A DNA stretch of 64,000 nucleotides from assembly GCF_964188315.1 (NCBI RefSeq), contig NC_135664.1, positions 9,052,001 through 9,116,000 of the forward strand, given 5' to 3'. Of the stretch, positions 1-13,639 are shown piece after piece (positions within the stretch are counted from its first letter, which is position 1; each line of letters opens with the position of its first letter). The position numbers and the translations under genes were made by a program. Under the pieces are notes generated by a model. That model had not been told where the DNA came from. It searched no databases and saw only the letters and a program-made list of their open reading frames with translations. The DNA is from Podarcis muralis (Eukaryota).

Positions 1-1365
1 TTATCAAATAAGTTTTTCCATGTTAGCAGTTTTCTTGCTGGAAAGATGGGCACATTTAATTATCTAGTAATACTCCTAAGGACATACTGTATATGTGAGT
101 AGTGTGTCCAGTTTGATCAAGCAGCACTCTAAGAATGAATAAGGGGGTTTGGGTTAGTGCCCCTTAGTGCCATAGTTAACTGAAGGAGGCAGGGGATTTT
201 GAAGTTGTCTGGTAAGACTCTTACACTTTTGCCAACTGTGAGGGGCACCAGTAAGCAAACCTTAACTTCACACAGGTACACGAACTGAGAACTAGACGAT
301 CCAGGCTTAACACATCCAGTTCAAAGACGTGTTTCAAAAATATCAAGCAGTTTATAAATGCTTGGAAATTAACCTTTCCAAGTATATGAAACTTGGGGGG
401 GGGGGGGAATGAATTCTGAGCATTGTAAGTGTGTTAGTCATTTACTTGGCTAAAACATCGTTTCTGCCTAAACTTGTACAGCCATCACCTTGTCCCACCA
501 ATACAAGGGTGATCCTGCAGTGCGAAACCCATTCAGATGCTGCCCCCTGAGTGCTTTCTGTTTCATAAAGTTCTAATAGAAGTAACAACGCATTTACAAA
601 ATACACAGACCCCCACCTTTATCTGGGTTTCAACTGTATGAAATAATGATATAGTTCAAAAAATAAGGAGCTGTATAAAAGAACGAATGAAATCAGTTAA
701 TCGCAATGATGTCTTTTAGCTGGAACATCGTGCTGCAAGAAACATTTAGCTTTCACTGTTCTGCCAGAACTTACCACTTATTTAGCATTCGTGAGGCTAA
801 ACAACGTCTTGATATTGAACATGCAGAGGTTTTGGTTACTGACGTTTGGTAATACTTGTATTGCAAGTGAGTTTGGCAGCGCACCTCGTGCATGCAAAGG
901 CAACGCCTAGTGAGCTGGAGGATGAAACTCAGTGAATACTGCAAGGATTCGTTTTCTTCAAAGTGATGTGGTGATGTCACATTAATGTTGTCACTGAATT
1001 CACGTGCATTTGCTTTAGGGCTCATGGAGGGTGTCACCGGCTCTGTAACTGGGCAATAGTCATATCAAGGAAATGCCTCATATTGCTATAGGTTGATGGT
1101 TTTTGTACTTAAAATCGGTGAATTGCATTGTACTTTCAATAGCCATACCTACTGTTGATAGATGACTACAGTGGGGGGCGGGAATTAATTGGTCATAGGT
1201 GGAAATGATTACAGCCCAGTCTTTAATATTGATGTCAAAATGTTAATTATAACATCCTTCCAACTTTGGCACAGCATCACCAGCTGCGACATGGGATACC
1301 CTTCTGTAACATTGGTATATCATATAATTTGGTCCAGTCACTAGGATTCTACTTATGCTTTAACT

Positions 1366-1829
1366 CATGGGTAGGCAAACTAAGGCCCGTGGGCCAAATC
1401 CGGCCCAATCGCCTTCTAAATCCGGCCCACGGACGGTCTGGGAATCAGTGTGTTTTTAAATGAGTAGAATGTGTCCTTTTATTTAAAATGCATCTCTGGG
1501 TTATTCAGCCAGCTAGCCCTGGGGATTATCTAATTGATTTTTGATTTTTGAATTTATTTTTATTCATGTTTTTATACTGTATTTTATGCTGCTTTTATAA
1601 TTAAGTTTTAAAGTGTTTGAAATTTGTTGTCAGCTGCCCTGAGCCTGGTTTTTGAACTGGGAAGGGCAGGGTATAAATAAAAATTTATTATTATTATTAT
1701 TATTATTATTTATTATTTATTTGTGGGGCATAGGAATTCGTTCATCCCCCCCCCCAATAAAGTCTGGCCCCCCACAAGGTCTGAGGGACAGTGGACTGGC
1801 CCCCTGCTGAAAAATTTTGCTGACCCCTG
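1366..1829. mobile_element. hAT/Charlie-like element with a nested L2-type tail (about 1506-1720)
   Basis: catgggtaggcaaact...tttgctgacccctg termini. Inverted relative to the copies at 13315 and 63202. Confidence 0.75.
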
Positions 1830-2189
1830 CTAACCTCTTGTATCTGCATACTTGGAATGCACCTACTACAGTATTATTATTTTAAAAAATAGAATAGAAG
1901 GCAATACAAAGTCAATTAAAATTCAAGCAAAAACAACACAAATAGGTTTAATTGGGTATTCTAGCAATCCAAACATTTTTCTAAAAAAAGAAGTTTTAGC
2001 TCCTCTCTTAAAGTTAATAAGAAAATCAGCTAGCCATGTCTCCCTGCGAGGGGGGCGGAATATGGCCAGTTGTGTCTAAATTCTCGCAAATAATGGAAAT
2101 TATTATCAGCAGATTTTAACATGTGAGTAGGAACGTCTTGGGAGAAGCACTCCTTTCAGATAAGCTGGTTGTTGGGCAGGGATATCACA

Positions 2190-2325
2190 GAGAATCATAG
2201 AGCTGAGGGTCATCTAGTCTAGTGCAACCCACTGCAAAATGCAGGAATATGCAGCTGTCCCATACAGGTATTGAACCTGCAACCTTGGTATTGCCAGCAC
2301 CACGCTCTAACTAACTGAGCTATCC
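2190..2325 (-). mobile_element. tRNA-head / CR1-tail SINE
   Basis: Minus strand gatagctcagttagttagagcgtggtgc...ggttcaatacc (A and B boxes), with a CR1-like ctatgattct tail. Confidence 0.75.
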
Positions 2326-3233
2326 ATCTATCAAACAAGGGGATGCCCGGAGTTTGCACCAATGTGTTGTGTGTATGAAGAGAACAAAGTATGCATATAA
2401 AAAGTGAAACATCACACTGTAACCAGCTCTTTCCTACTTTGAGGTGAAGGCTTGTGTTTTGGAGAAGCACGAAACTAGCTTGCCTCATCTTAAAGGGCTT
2501 TTGATTGGTTTCTCTAACAGCAGCCCCTGATGCTACATAGCAAAACCTTTTTGAATAATGGAATGAATATATATGGCATAAGAAGAGGCACTGCTATTCA
2601 GATCAAATGTCACAGTTAGGCTCATGCAAGCTTAGAATCCCTTCCTTGGAAAAAGAAACAAATTTTAATTGTGTGACAGGCCTGTTGACTTATGCACTTA
2701 ACTGTTGTGAGAAATAAGACCAAAGCAATACTCCAGCCTTCTCGATAGAAATTAACAAGATACGGCTTTAATGTGGCAACCATGCTTGGTCCATGACATA
2801 GGATACTTTTAATGATATTTCTGCTGCTGCTGCTAGTATTGGAACAGTATATCCGAGATACAATCCAAAGAGCTTCATTGGTTATGTCTGAAGTCTTGTA
2901 TGTTTCAATCAGGAACTTTAACTTGGGTTTGGAACAGCCCCTTCCCATGTTGTATTGCAACATGTTTTTGAAACCTGCAAGTTTCAAAAGTGTATTTCCA
3001 CACATAGAAAGGTATCGCAGGGTTTTGGTTTTGAATTGGGGCAGTGGTTAGATGAAAGATCCATTGAGTTGGCATTCCAGTATGAATATTTACATAGCAG
3101 CCCTTTATGGGGCTATGCTACAAGAGGAAACAGTTCCTGAACTGCTGTGGATACACATGAAAGAGGCATTGATCACATAGTTCACTGGATTCCAAGAGGC
3201 CTTGAGATATAGAACTAGATATTTGAATAGCAA

Positions 3234-3612
3234 GGTACGCGGGTGGCGCTGAGGTCTAAACCACTGAGCCTCTTGGGCTTGCTGATCAGAAGGCTGGCGG
3301 TTCGAATCTCCGCAACAGGGTGAGCTCCCGTTGCTCTGTCTCAGCTCCTGCCAACCTAGCAGTTCGAAATCATACCAGTGCGAGTAGATGAATAGGTACT
3401 GCTGTGGCAGGAAGGTAAACAGCGCTCTGGCTTCTGTCACAGTGTCCCGTTGCGCCAGAAGTGGCTTAGTCATGCTGGCCACATGACCCAGAAAGCTGTC
3501 TGTGGACAAACGCCGGCTCCTTTGGCCTTTAAGCGAGATGAGCGCTGCAACCCCAGAGTCGCCTTTGACTGGACTTAACTGTCCTGAGGTCCTTTACCTT
3601 TACATTTTTACC
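3234..3612 (+). mobile_element. Sauria SINE
   Basis: gggtggcgctg...ggttcgaatc head and (accttt)n tail. Confidence 0.9.
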
Positions 3613-4864
3613 TATTTGGATAGAGCAGTTGAATCGGAACTGAAACTGTGTTTCTTCTGGACTCCTATGTATTATATACGTATAGGGGTAGGGGAATCAA
3701 TATGTGATTAAGGTCAGCAGGTATCAAATGTCTTGTTTTTTAAATAGGCACCTGAAACTTCTTAAGTATAATCAAACATTGATTTCTTTTCTGTGTAATA
3801 CCCACCAAAGGTACCATTTAGATTTTAAATGCCTGGATAACGTTGCAGAAGCTTGATTATAATTAACTTGGAACATACTGCCTGAGAAGTTGTACATGAT
3901 CAAAGACGCAGAGGAAATGGCAAACCTTTTAGCTGAATCTGTGGTTCATCACCAAGTCATAATTTGAAGCTACTGTCTTGCATTAGGGAATGACAACAGT
4001 GAATGACTGTTGTTCTGGGAAGTTTGATATTAGTTGCTTAGATTATTTGCCAGAAGGCTTTTTAGGGCTTTCAGGCTTCACTCAACAGGAATATCTGGTA
4101 CACTGCTCGCTACCCCATAATTATGCATACTATTTTGGAATAGTCTGTGTGCAAGATGATAGCTTCAGGGTTGCAATAATTGGGAAAGCTGGAACATTGT
4201 CTCTGGCATTACATCATGTTAGCACAGTGAGTGTTGTGTTTGTTTTTTTGTAAAAACAGTTTATCAGTATTTCAATTTTGTATCAATGGAAGGATGGTCT
4301 TGGACAAAGTCATCATAGCCCCATCAGTGTTCCTACCACTTGGGTCTCCCCATTTATTTAATGGACCAAACTTTGGAGCCAGTTAAAGAGCCTGATTTTC
4401 TGGAAAGCAATAAAAATGTGAATCCCAAAATTGTCTGAGAACTCCCCAGCAGAAAATACTGAATTTGGTGTCTTGTGGTGAATTCAATCAACTTTATTTA
4501 GTGGCTGTCATTCTTTTCTAGCAAAGAGTTCAAGGATAGCTCAAAAGAAGTATATCTGCATGCTATAACTTGCAAGACAAAGGATCTAACTTAAGAGCTG
4601 CACACAGTCCTACATATCAAAATATTTTACTCTTCCATTTTAAAAAAAAAATCCATAAACTCTTATTTTTAAGATTGGAAAGCTCCATCTAGCAGTTCTC
4701 CATCTTTCCAGCCTCTATTACTCCTTTAGCAAAGATAAACTCTTGCTAATGTTGTCATGTTCTGAAATGTAAGAATATTAAGCCTGTTGTTTGGTGGTGA
4801 CTGTCGTAAAACATAGAAATAATTTCCCCCATTTCTCGACTTGTTGCAGCTCTAAGCACAGATA

Positions 4865-5215
4865 AAAGGTAAAGGGACCCCTGACTATTAGGTCCAGTTG
4901 TGACCAACTCTGGGGTTGCAGCGCTCAATTCGCTTTACTGGCCGAGGGAGCCAGCGTACAGCTTCTGGGTCATGTGGCCAGCATGACTAAGCTGCTTCTG
5001 GCGAACCAGAGCAGCGCACGGTAACGCCGTTTACCTTCCTGCCAGAGCGGTACCTATTTATCTACTTGCACTCTGACATGCTTTCGAACTGCTAGGTGGG
5101 CAGGAGCAGGGACCGAGCAACAGAAGCTCACCCGGTCGCGGGAATTCGAACTACCAACCTTCTGATCAGCAAGCCCTAGGCTCTGTGGTTTAACCCACAG
5201 CGCCACCCGCGTCCC
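4865..5215 (-). mobile_element. Sauria SINE
   Basis: Full length. 12-bp TSD taagcacagata. Confidence 0.92.
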
Positions 5216-6334
5216 TAAGCACAGATAGCAAGAGGTAATAGGATCAGCAGCATAGCATGATGTGTGCTTCCTGATTCTGCAATTATACTGTGCAAGGTGC
5301 ATAATTTGATACACGTACAGGCTGTGGCAATTTTATTATTTTATTCTTTTAATATGTGTTTATGAATTCCTGTAGATAGTCTTGAGACTCATTGTGTTGA
5401 GTAAGCGCACAATTTTCTACATATTTAAGGGGTCTCTCCAAACCCTTCCTGGCTTGTCCTTTTTCCTGTGCTCCAAGTTCTTCCGCATTCTGTATATTTT
5501 ACTAGTAGTGATAGTGATAAGGGAGCTGGGAATAAACTGCAGGGAAATGACAGGTGTTGGAAATGTTCCTTACTCCCCAATCATGCTTACTGAGAAATAA
5601 CTACCACTTAGCTCAATGGGACTCCATAGTAACTGTGACTTCAGTGCCCCAGTGATATGGTAAAAGTAAGTAAACAGTCAGTGATTAGTAGTGATAAGCA
5701 CTTCTTGGAAAGATCGCTGAGATGGGTGATAAGCTGATCTGAATTCACCATCACGTAGTTTATTTAAAAATAAAGTAACATGAAAGCGGGAGTCATTAAT
5801 AGTATAAATGTAGAATTGCTGGTCTTAACCATGTTTACTTTATCAGCAAGTTTAGCAGCTATTAGCAGAACTTAAGTTTGTTTAGGATTGTAGCCTCTGT
5901 CTTCTTAAGGAAGCCAGTAAATGAAAATACCTCTTGTAGGCTTCAACCAAGAGCCTTCAACCTCCATTTACCTGGACTTGAAATATCCCATTAGCTCACA
6001 AGAGCACTGCACAAGCACATAATGCACAAGCTTACCAATGCTTTCCTTGATTCAGACAGATCACAAGGTATTTACGTAATTGACAAGCTAACTCTTCCTC
6101 CATAGAATATGGGTGTGCTAATTGGAAAACCATTTCCTCCCCAGCATGTTCCTATGCAATTGTTGCTTGGCATCTACCTGAAATGCAGTCCTGCTATGCC
6201 TGTAACATCATAATAACAGCATGATTTGTTATAATGATCTAGAGTACATGTTCTAGTTTTTTTTTTTACCTAAAATGTTTATTCCCTTGTGCTGCATATG
6301 GGGCATTTTAATGTGGTGCTACAGTACAGGCACT

Positions 6335-6698
6335 GAGACGTGGGTGGCACTGTGGTCTAAACCACAGAGCCTAGGGCTTGCTGATCAGAAGGTTGGTAGT
6401 TCGAATCCCTGCGACGGGGTGAGCTCCCATTGCTCGGTCCCTGCTCATGCCCACCTAGCAGTTCGAAAGCATGTCAAAGTGGAAGTAGATAAATAGGTAC
6501 CGCTCCGGTGGGAAGGTAAACGGCGTTTCCATGTGCTGCTCTGGTTCTCCAGAAGCGGCTTAGTCATGCTGGCCACATGACCCGGAAGCTGTCTGCAGAC
6601 AAAACACTGGCTCCCTTGGCCAGTAAAGCGAGATGAGCGCCGCAACCCTAGAGTTGTCCACAACTGGGCTTAACGGTCAGGGGTCCCTTTACCTTTAC
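6335..6698 (+). mobile_element. Sauria SINE
   Basis: Full-length match to the other copies in the window. Confidence 0.9.
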
Positions 6699-6951
6699 AA
6701 TACAGGGAGCAACCAATTTGTGTGGGGTTACATTCTGGACCCCCCTGTGTGTTGGCAGGGCCCGTGTAAGGCTGCCCCATCCTGTTCCATCCCCACCCTG
6801 TTTCACCCCCTTTTCTGCTATTTTTGGGTCACTTCCGGGTTTGGTGTTACGCACAAATGTGTGGTTGCACACTTATCGGACAGCCACCGCTTGTATCTTT
6901 AGTCTCGCCTAATAGAGTTATGACTGAGTAGTATTTTCAAGCAGTATAAAA

Positions 6952-7015
6952 TCAAATCAAATTTTATTAAACGGTCATAGACCAGGTTAACTCGTACAGC
7001 TAGTCAGCGAAGCAT
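6952..7015 (-). mobile_element. Ultra-short (64 bp) retroposed LINE tail
   Basis: Perfect 13-bp TSD aagcagtataaaa (6939-51 and 7016-28). AATAAA and a (TTTGA)n tail on the minus strand. Confidence 0.65.
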
Positions 7016-8356
7016 AAGCAGTATAAAACTGAAAGAAAGCCATTTAAAAATCAGATTAATAGTTGCTGATGTTTTATTCAAGATGGAGAATTCAAATGAT
7101 GTTTCTTTTCCTGAGCATTATTTATGGAACTTGCCCTCTGCATCAGACTATTGATCATTCAGTGGAGAAGGGATTTGTATATGTAATCCATTTGGAGGTC
7201 TGAGTACCGCACTTATTCAATAGGAATTAAATCTCTCTAGGATTTGGTGCTGAAACAGCAATCTAATTATATTCTAGACAGTAAGCTTCTTGGTGTGATG
7301 ACTTTTAAATGTATTTGACATTAACATCCTGTTTGTCTCCTAATGAATTTCCCAGGAGACTTCCATAAAGCTTCCTTGCTTGAAAAGCAGTAAGAAAATT
7401 TTGCTGCTTTCCAGTGCTGCGTACACATCAAATGTTTAAAGAACCTCCCCACCAAAAATAATCCTGGAAATCCTCATGGAGCTGCAATTTCTCGCATCCT
7501 TCACAAACTACAGGACTCTTTGGGAGGAAAAAATGCTCTTTAAATGTATGTTGTGTGCGCAGCTTAGCTTACTCTGAGGAACAGTCTCTGTTCAGGGGAG
7601 GTATTGCAATGCTCTCTAATAACTTTCTCACCAGTATTCATACTCACCAGTATTCATACTATTTCATACTACCTGGAGGAAGTACAGGATATATGGTCCT
7701 GTCTCATTATAAATGTTTTTAGCCTTGTTGTGGATCTGTGGTAGTGGACTGTGGTCTACTTCCATTATGCTCTGCTCATGCCTATATAATCTCAACATCT
7801 GAGTGTGGTCACGCGTTTCGCACCAAGCTGTTTAGTGCTTGTTGCCGTCAGGTAGTGTGGTTGGACATACACATGGGTAGTCCATGACCAAAGATGCTTA
7901 GATTTATAACTAGAACCAATTTTGCTTCCCTCCTAGGTACTGAATCTATAGGTAAGGTCACACAGTCACACGACTCACCTGTCCTTATAACCTGCACACA
8001 ACTTACTTATCCTTATACCTCACCTGCGGGACGTGTTGTAATGGTAGCTGTTCACACCACAGGAAAATGGTTCTCATGCCATGAATGCTACTAATTCGTA
8101 GTAAACTAGATTTGGTCCCATCTTTTTTTATGTGACGTCATAGGTTGAACATTCTTGGTTTTTTAATGTCTCTAATTTTGAGGATAACAGAATTCTTTAA
8201 TACTTGCTCCCATTAATTGTATAATAGCGGGTATGGACTCATGGGTATTTCAGTGCGTGGACATTTTGGTAGGATGGCTGGGAACCTACAAGCAGTGTGG
8301 AACAAGCTTGTGTGCTGGCAGCGAAGGGCAAGTCTTCCCAACATTCCCTGCTACAG

Positions 8357-8909
8357 TGTCAGAAAGCGAGCCGACAGTAAATCACACTGTTCTGAGTTGG
8401 AGTTAACTCTTCATTAGCGAAACAGCTCATTCCCAGTAGCCTTACTCCATGAGAGTCAGTTGCCAAGACTCAAGGTCCAGGCCTCCTCTCAGCCATCTAA
8501 GTCCCCTCCTCTCCAGGGCTTTTCCCAATCAATTGGAGACTGCGCCTGCAGGCAGATGCCCTCTTCGCTGCCCTTTTCATACCACTTCTGGTTCTGGGAG
8601 AAAAGGGGGGATGGGAGCTTGTCGCAGCAGGAGAGGGGAGACACCCATGACCAGCCTGACTCATCTCTGCCTCTTGGGCTCCCTCCTCCCACCCTCTTGT
8701 TTCAGATTCTGCCTCTGATTCTGGACTTCTCTCTCACAGATTCCCACCTCAGATAAGCCCTGTTAACTCTTCAGCTTCCAACACCTCCACTTCACAGTCT
8801 TCTCCCTTTGACCTCTCATTGTTGTCCCACTCCCAGACCTCCTTCTTCCCTGGTTGGTTCTCCAACTGGTTCCTTCCATCATTCCTCTGCGTCCAATCAG
8901 TCCATGAAA
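8357..8909 (-). repeat. GC-rich LTR-like interspersed repeat (unassigned)
   Basis: Abrupt GC-rich block with ...TGACA at the minus-strand 3' end and a degenerate polyA-like signal. No TSD found. Confidence 0.35.
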
Positions 8910-9307
8910 GTCCATAAGTCCAGCGCTCTCCAACCTGATGCCCTGTATTATTATTATTTTTGCTGCAGTTCTCATGAACCCCAGTTAGCAAAGCCCATAT
9001 GGTCAGGTATCTTGGGAATTTTAGTCCTAAACCTCTGGAGATTATTGTGTTGAGGGAAGGCTGCCCTACTTACCTTAATCACAAATGTAGATACAAGGGA
9101 GGTTGGTTCTGAACATTAAATCAGTTGAACAATGGAAATTTGTTCATGCATAAGGACTCTCTGTGGTCATTTCCAACAGACCTTGGATAAATGTGTATAG
9201 ATTGTTTTGCTGTAGGCAACTCTGATTTAGCTGCAGGAAGTTAGGTTCAGTGGTTTTCCGTGTTTCTATGGCATAGCTGATACCTGATGGGCAAACATCA
9301 TTACGGC

Positions 9308-9500
9308 AAGAAAAAAAATATTCTGAATCTCAGAAGCCAGAACAGCAAGAGGGATTGCTGCGCAGTGAAAGCAGCAATCCCTCTTGCTGTTCTGGCTTCT
9401 GGGATAGCTGTGCAGCCTGCATTCGCTCCATAAGACGCACACACATTTCCCCTTACTTTTTAGGAGGGAAAAAGTGAACCTTATAGAGCAAAAAATACGG
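9308..9500. mobile_element. Truncated inverted copy of the 42305 MITE family
   Basis: One TIR retained (ttatagagcaaaaaatacgg|ta). Internal 30-bp hairpin. Confidence 0.75.
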
Positions 9501-12500
9501 TATTTAGTGCTAAAGCATTCTTGACTTTCACAGAAAGATGCAGAACTACAGAACTTACTTGGATTGTTCAGTATTTTCCTAACTTAAACATTCTTTCCCC
9601 ATTCGCCCTTAACTTTTCCTTACTTTTCCTTCATTCAGCTTCTTTGAAAAGCCGTGCTAGAGCCTTAGCACCCAGTCTTCTTCCAGGCATTGAATGAACC
9701 TCTGAGTTACCACAACATGAATGGCTGCGGAATTAGATTTCAAGGATGTCACCATGGCAATGACATTAAACAAGGAAAGCCTGCATATATGGAAGTTAGC
9801 AAAGGGCTCCTTAGGCTATGGATATTTGCAAGAGCTTTTGAAATGTCTCAGTTCTATGGGGCAGCCCAGAATTTGGTTTTCTGTGGTGCAACAATTTTGC
9901 CATTTTTGTGTTCCAAGTTCCTCTTATTCTGTCCCCATCTCAATGCTTGCTAAGAGTATTCAGTAATAGTCTCAAGAGTCTCATTGTTATAGATTGAACC
10001 TGTTGGTCTGTCTCTTGCATATTTAGAATAAATGATTAATCAGAAAGGGCAATCTTATTTTTTGCTGAAACAGCAGCGATTGTTGAAATGAATATCAATC
10101 GTGTAGTGACAGGAGGTATATAAATTGACAGGGAAATTCATTGTGATCTGAAAGCAGTATAGCTAGAATTGCATAGAGCTGTTTGCAAAGCAATTATTTT
10201 GCATCAGGCCTTTTATTGGTGCTAAAGTTTGTAACTCAATAGGGTGGCAAATCTTGCTTATTTTTTATTTGTATTTTTGGGGGGCGGGGATATGGGCTCT
10301 GTTTATAAATTTTGTAGGTACACATACAATACCTTCCCAAAGATATAGCGCTGCCAATACTTACTACTTATATACACTTGAATTACTTTCGTATGACAAA
10401 ACTGATCTATGAATGTAATTATTCTATATTGTATATACTTAATGTTTAGTTGTCTTCTACATGACATTCAAGAAAATTCTTGAGGGTTTATTGAAAAAAG
10501 GGACAATGAATTTTGGGGTATTGATTCCTAATCAAGCTTTTGTATATCATGTCTCTAGAAAAATTGGTATCTAACCCAGTCCTTGTTAGAGATTAATTGT
10601 AGGCGTGACTGTGATTTGGAAGTTAAAAGGGGGATGAGTTTTCTGTTAATATTAGAATTTGAACTGTAAGGATATTGCTCCTCTTCAACATGACTTCTTT
10701 TTGTTAAATAAACTGCTAAAAATGAAGTTGCAGGTATATAACATTTTTTTACAGAATTTTCCTAAGGTTTGGAAAAGATTTAGTTACTCCCTTGGCTAAA
10801 GATGTTAACATTAACGAACTCTGACAGTGTGTGAGGCAAATAAACAGCAACTGTTAATTTCTGAATGGTAACTCCAAAGGTTAGCAGCCCTTTTATAGAA
10901 TCCACCTTCCTGAACTTGAGAAAAATGGTAGTTGAAAACTAACTTCTTGCTTCAAATACTGCAGTGGTTCTCGCACACATTCGGCTGTTACAGCAAACCA
11001 TAGACTTGTTCTTGGCTTATTTATCATGGTTTGTTTGTCTAACCATAGTCTCAAGTTCACACACAATGCTGAACCAGGGATTGAGGCTAGTTTCTCCTCT
11101 GCACTAGCACCTTGGTCAAATACTTGCTGATCAGTTGACTTGTTGCGCCAACCCTAGTTACTCAATACTTAAAATTATATTGGAATATGGAAATACATAG
11201 TACATAGACACTTGCCCAGAAGATGGGCAAGTAGGCAAAAAATGAACACCTATTATTAGGCAAGCTTGGGTTGGTGTGTTACCAACAGCTTTTGAGTTTC
11301 ACATGACTTTCTCAGAAGCATTGACCCAAAGGGAAATATCATTTACAGGAGTTGTGGAATAAGCTCTGCTTCATCAGATGCATGAAATGGATGTTTTACT
11401 ATAATGTGGCAGTCTCTAGTCTGATCATGCAACAAACTTTCCCACGAGGCTCTTCAGTTTTCAAGGTTCTTTGTACCAGGGGCTGCCTGCATATTTCATG
11501 ACACAGAGCATTGGGCATCTGCCACCAACATAGCACAACCACATTGACACCCCCCCACCCCAGTTGATGTGAAGGTAAATGGAAACGAAATTCTACTTTG
11601 TTTTATGCCTCTTGAACAATAATGTCTCAGGGTCTTTCTTGAGCAAATGTGTTTAACTGGGGGGTGGGGGCTAAAAATCATATCTGAGAACAATGGAGGG
11701 TTTATTATTATTATTCAGTTGCTATATTTTGGACCAAGAGCACATTTCAGGATTCACAGAAATGTGGTTGGGTTTTCGAATAACATGTGTTAAGTGTGAC
11801 TATACCTCATTTTATCCATAGATTAAGGTGCCCCTGAGGAATCATTGTGTGTGGTATGAACAAAGGAACAGCTGCAACTGCCCCCACCCAGATTCCCCTT
11901 ATTTGGACATAAAGAAGCTTTTGCACAAATGTTTTCTGTTTGTTCGTCTTAGACATTGGGTGATGAGGAAGGGGGTGAGCCACCTGTCTATTCCATACTG
12001 GACAGGACGCCATTTGCATTTATGTCTGACTCAATTAGGAAGCCTATCCATCAGGATCAATTTTAATACCGCTGATGGGTAAGCGTGGTCGAAGCGAATT
12101 TGTGTTCACTGAACTCTTGCAACTGATATGTGAGGGCTAAGTCTTCTTTACCATCAATCAATTGCTTTGGAAATACTGGGCTGGAAATCAGAGAGATGAT
12201 TGTTTGGTTAACTCTTTCTTGTCCGTTACGAATTATAAAACTGTAGCTGTATAAATGATATACATTGGCATTCGCGAACAGATGGTTTCATTGTTCTTTA
12301 TATGTTAGCAAGTTATCCTTTCCTTTAGGCCAATGGAGGAGACTTCTGGTTCTGCTTTGTCCTGGGCCTTGATTGAAAGCAGTGCAGTAAAATCAGCACT
12401 AGCAGCTGGGGAAGACTACTTACCATCACTGCCTCCCCCCAACCCTACTTTTTGTGACTTTGAGACTTGTCCAAAGGAGAGATGAGGGAACAGGCTGTAA

Positions 12501-12670
12501 ATCACCTAGTCTGGTCAGAAGACCCTACCTCTTCTGAGCTTTATTTAAGCTGTGGCAGCAGTGGGGCTTGTTTTGGCCTGTTAATTTTGACTTTGCATTG
12601 TACTTGGTATGTGTCAAGACTATATTTTACCGTAACATTAAATTTACTTCATGTTTACTGAATTGTTTTT

Positions 12671-13064
12671 TGTTTGTTTTTTTTTAAAAAAATTTATACT
12701 TTTCAGGTTTATACGTTTCACTGATTTTACAATCATTTTGACATTTCAAAACTTGAGTTCCTTCCTCCTCTTTCTGCGGTTCCTTAAATTTATTTTTAAT
12801 ATCTTCTGCATATCCAAAATAACTTAATTTACTCATTTATTCATCTTCTTTAAATATATACTCTTATGAAGCCGCAGTTTATTACAACAATCCTGCCAAT
12901 GTTCTTCTCCATTTACAATTCATCTGTAAATATTCAATAAACCATTTCCATTCCTTTATAAAAAGTTTGTTATCTTGATTTCTTACTCTTCTGGGGAGTT
13001 TTGCCATTTCTGCATATTCTGCAAGTTCTTGTATCCATTCTTCCTTTGCTGGGACTTCTTGTTG
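12671..13064 (-). mobile_element. 5'-truncated L1/Tx1-like LINE 3' end
   Basis: T-rich tail on +. Minus strand encodes EVPAKEEWIQELAEYAEMAKL...KEWKWFIEYL. About 14-bp TSD actga(a/g)ttgttttt. Confidence 0.7.
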
Positions 13065-13314
13065 ACTGAGTTGTTTTTAGCCTTGTGTTGCAGGTTTTGT
13101 AACAAATGTGTCCCACCTCCCCCCAAAAACGTTAAATTATGTGAATAGATGTTTGTTAGTCACTTTGGGCTCATTTCACTGTGGAAAAGAAACATAAACT
13201 AAATTCAAAATAAAAGGGAGGCTTTTTCTTCTGCCTCTCAGCTTTATGATGAAGGGTGTGGAGAGAGATGGGGTTTCTAGTGTAGCTGTGTACAGCCCCT
13301 TCCCATGGTTCCAA

Positions 13315-13639
13315 CAGGAGTCAGCAATCTTTTTCTGCAGGGGGCCGGTCCACTGTCCCTCAGACCTTGTGGGGGGCCAGACTATATTTTGGGGGGGGGG
13401 GAAATGAACTAATTCCTATACCCCCACAAATAACCCAGAGATGCATTTTAAATAAAAGCACACATTCTGCTCATGTAAAAACACCAGGCAGGCCCCACAA
13501 ATAACCCAGAGATGAATTTTAAATAAAAGGACACATTCTACTAATGTAAAAACACACTGATTCCTGGACCGTCTGCGGGCTGGATTGAGAAGGTGATTGG
13601 GCCGGATCCGGCCCCCGGGCCTTAGTTTGCCTACCCATG
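13315..13639. mobile_element. hAT/Charlie-like element
   Basis: caggagtcagcaa...tttgcctacccatg termini. Internal duplication of acaaataacccagagatg. Confidence 0.78.

Noticed and set aside
770-1070. Possible decayed retroelement or viral protein (RLVSWRMKLSEY resembles Gypsy RNase H)
   Set aside because: Several stops and only a short ambiguous motif. Not supportable without tBLASTx/HMM.
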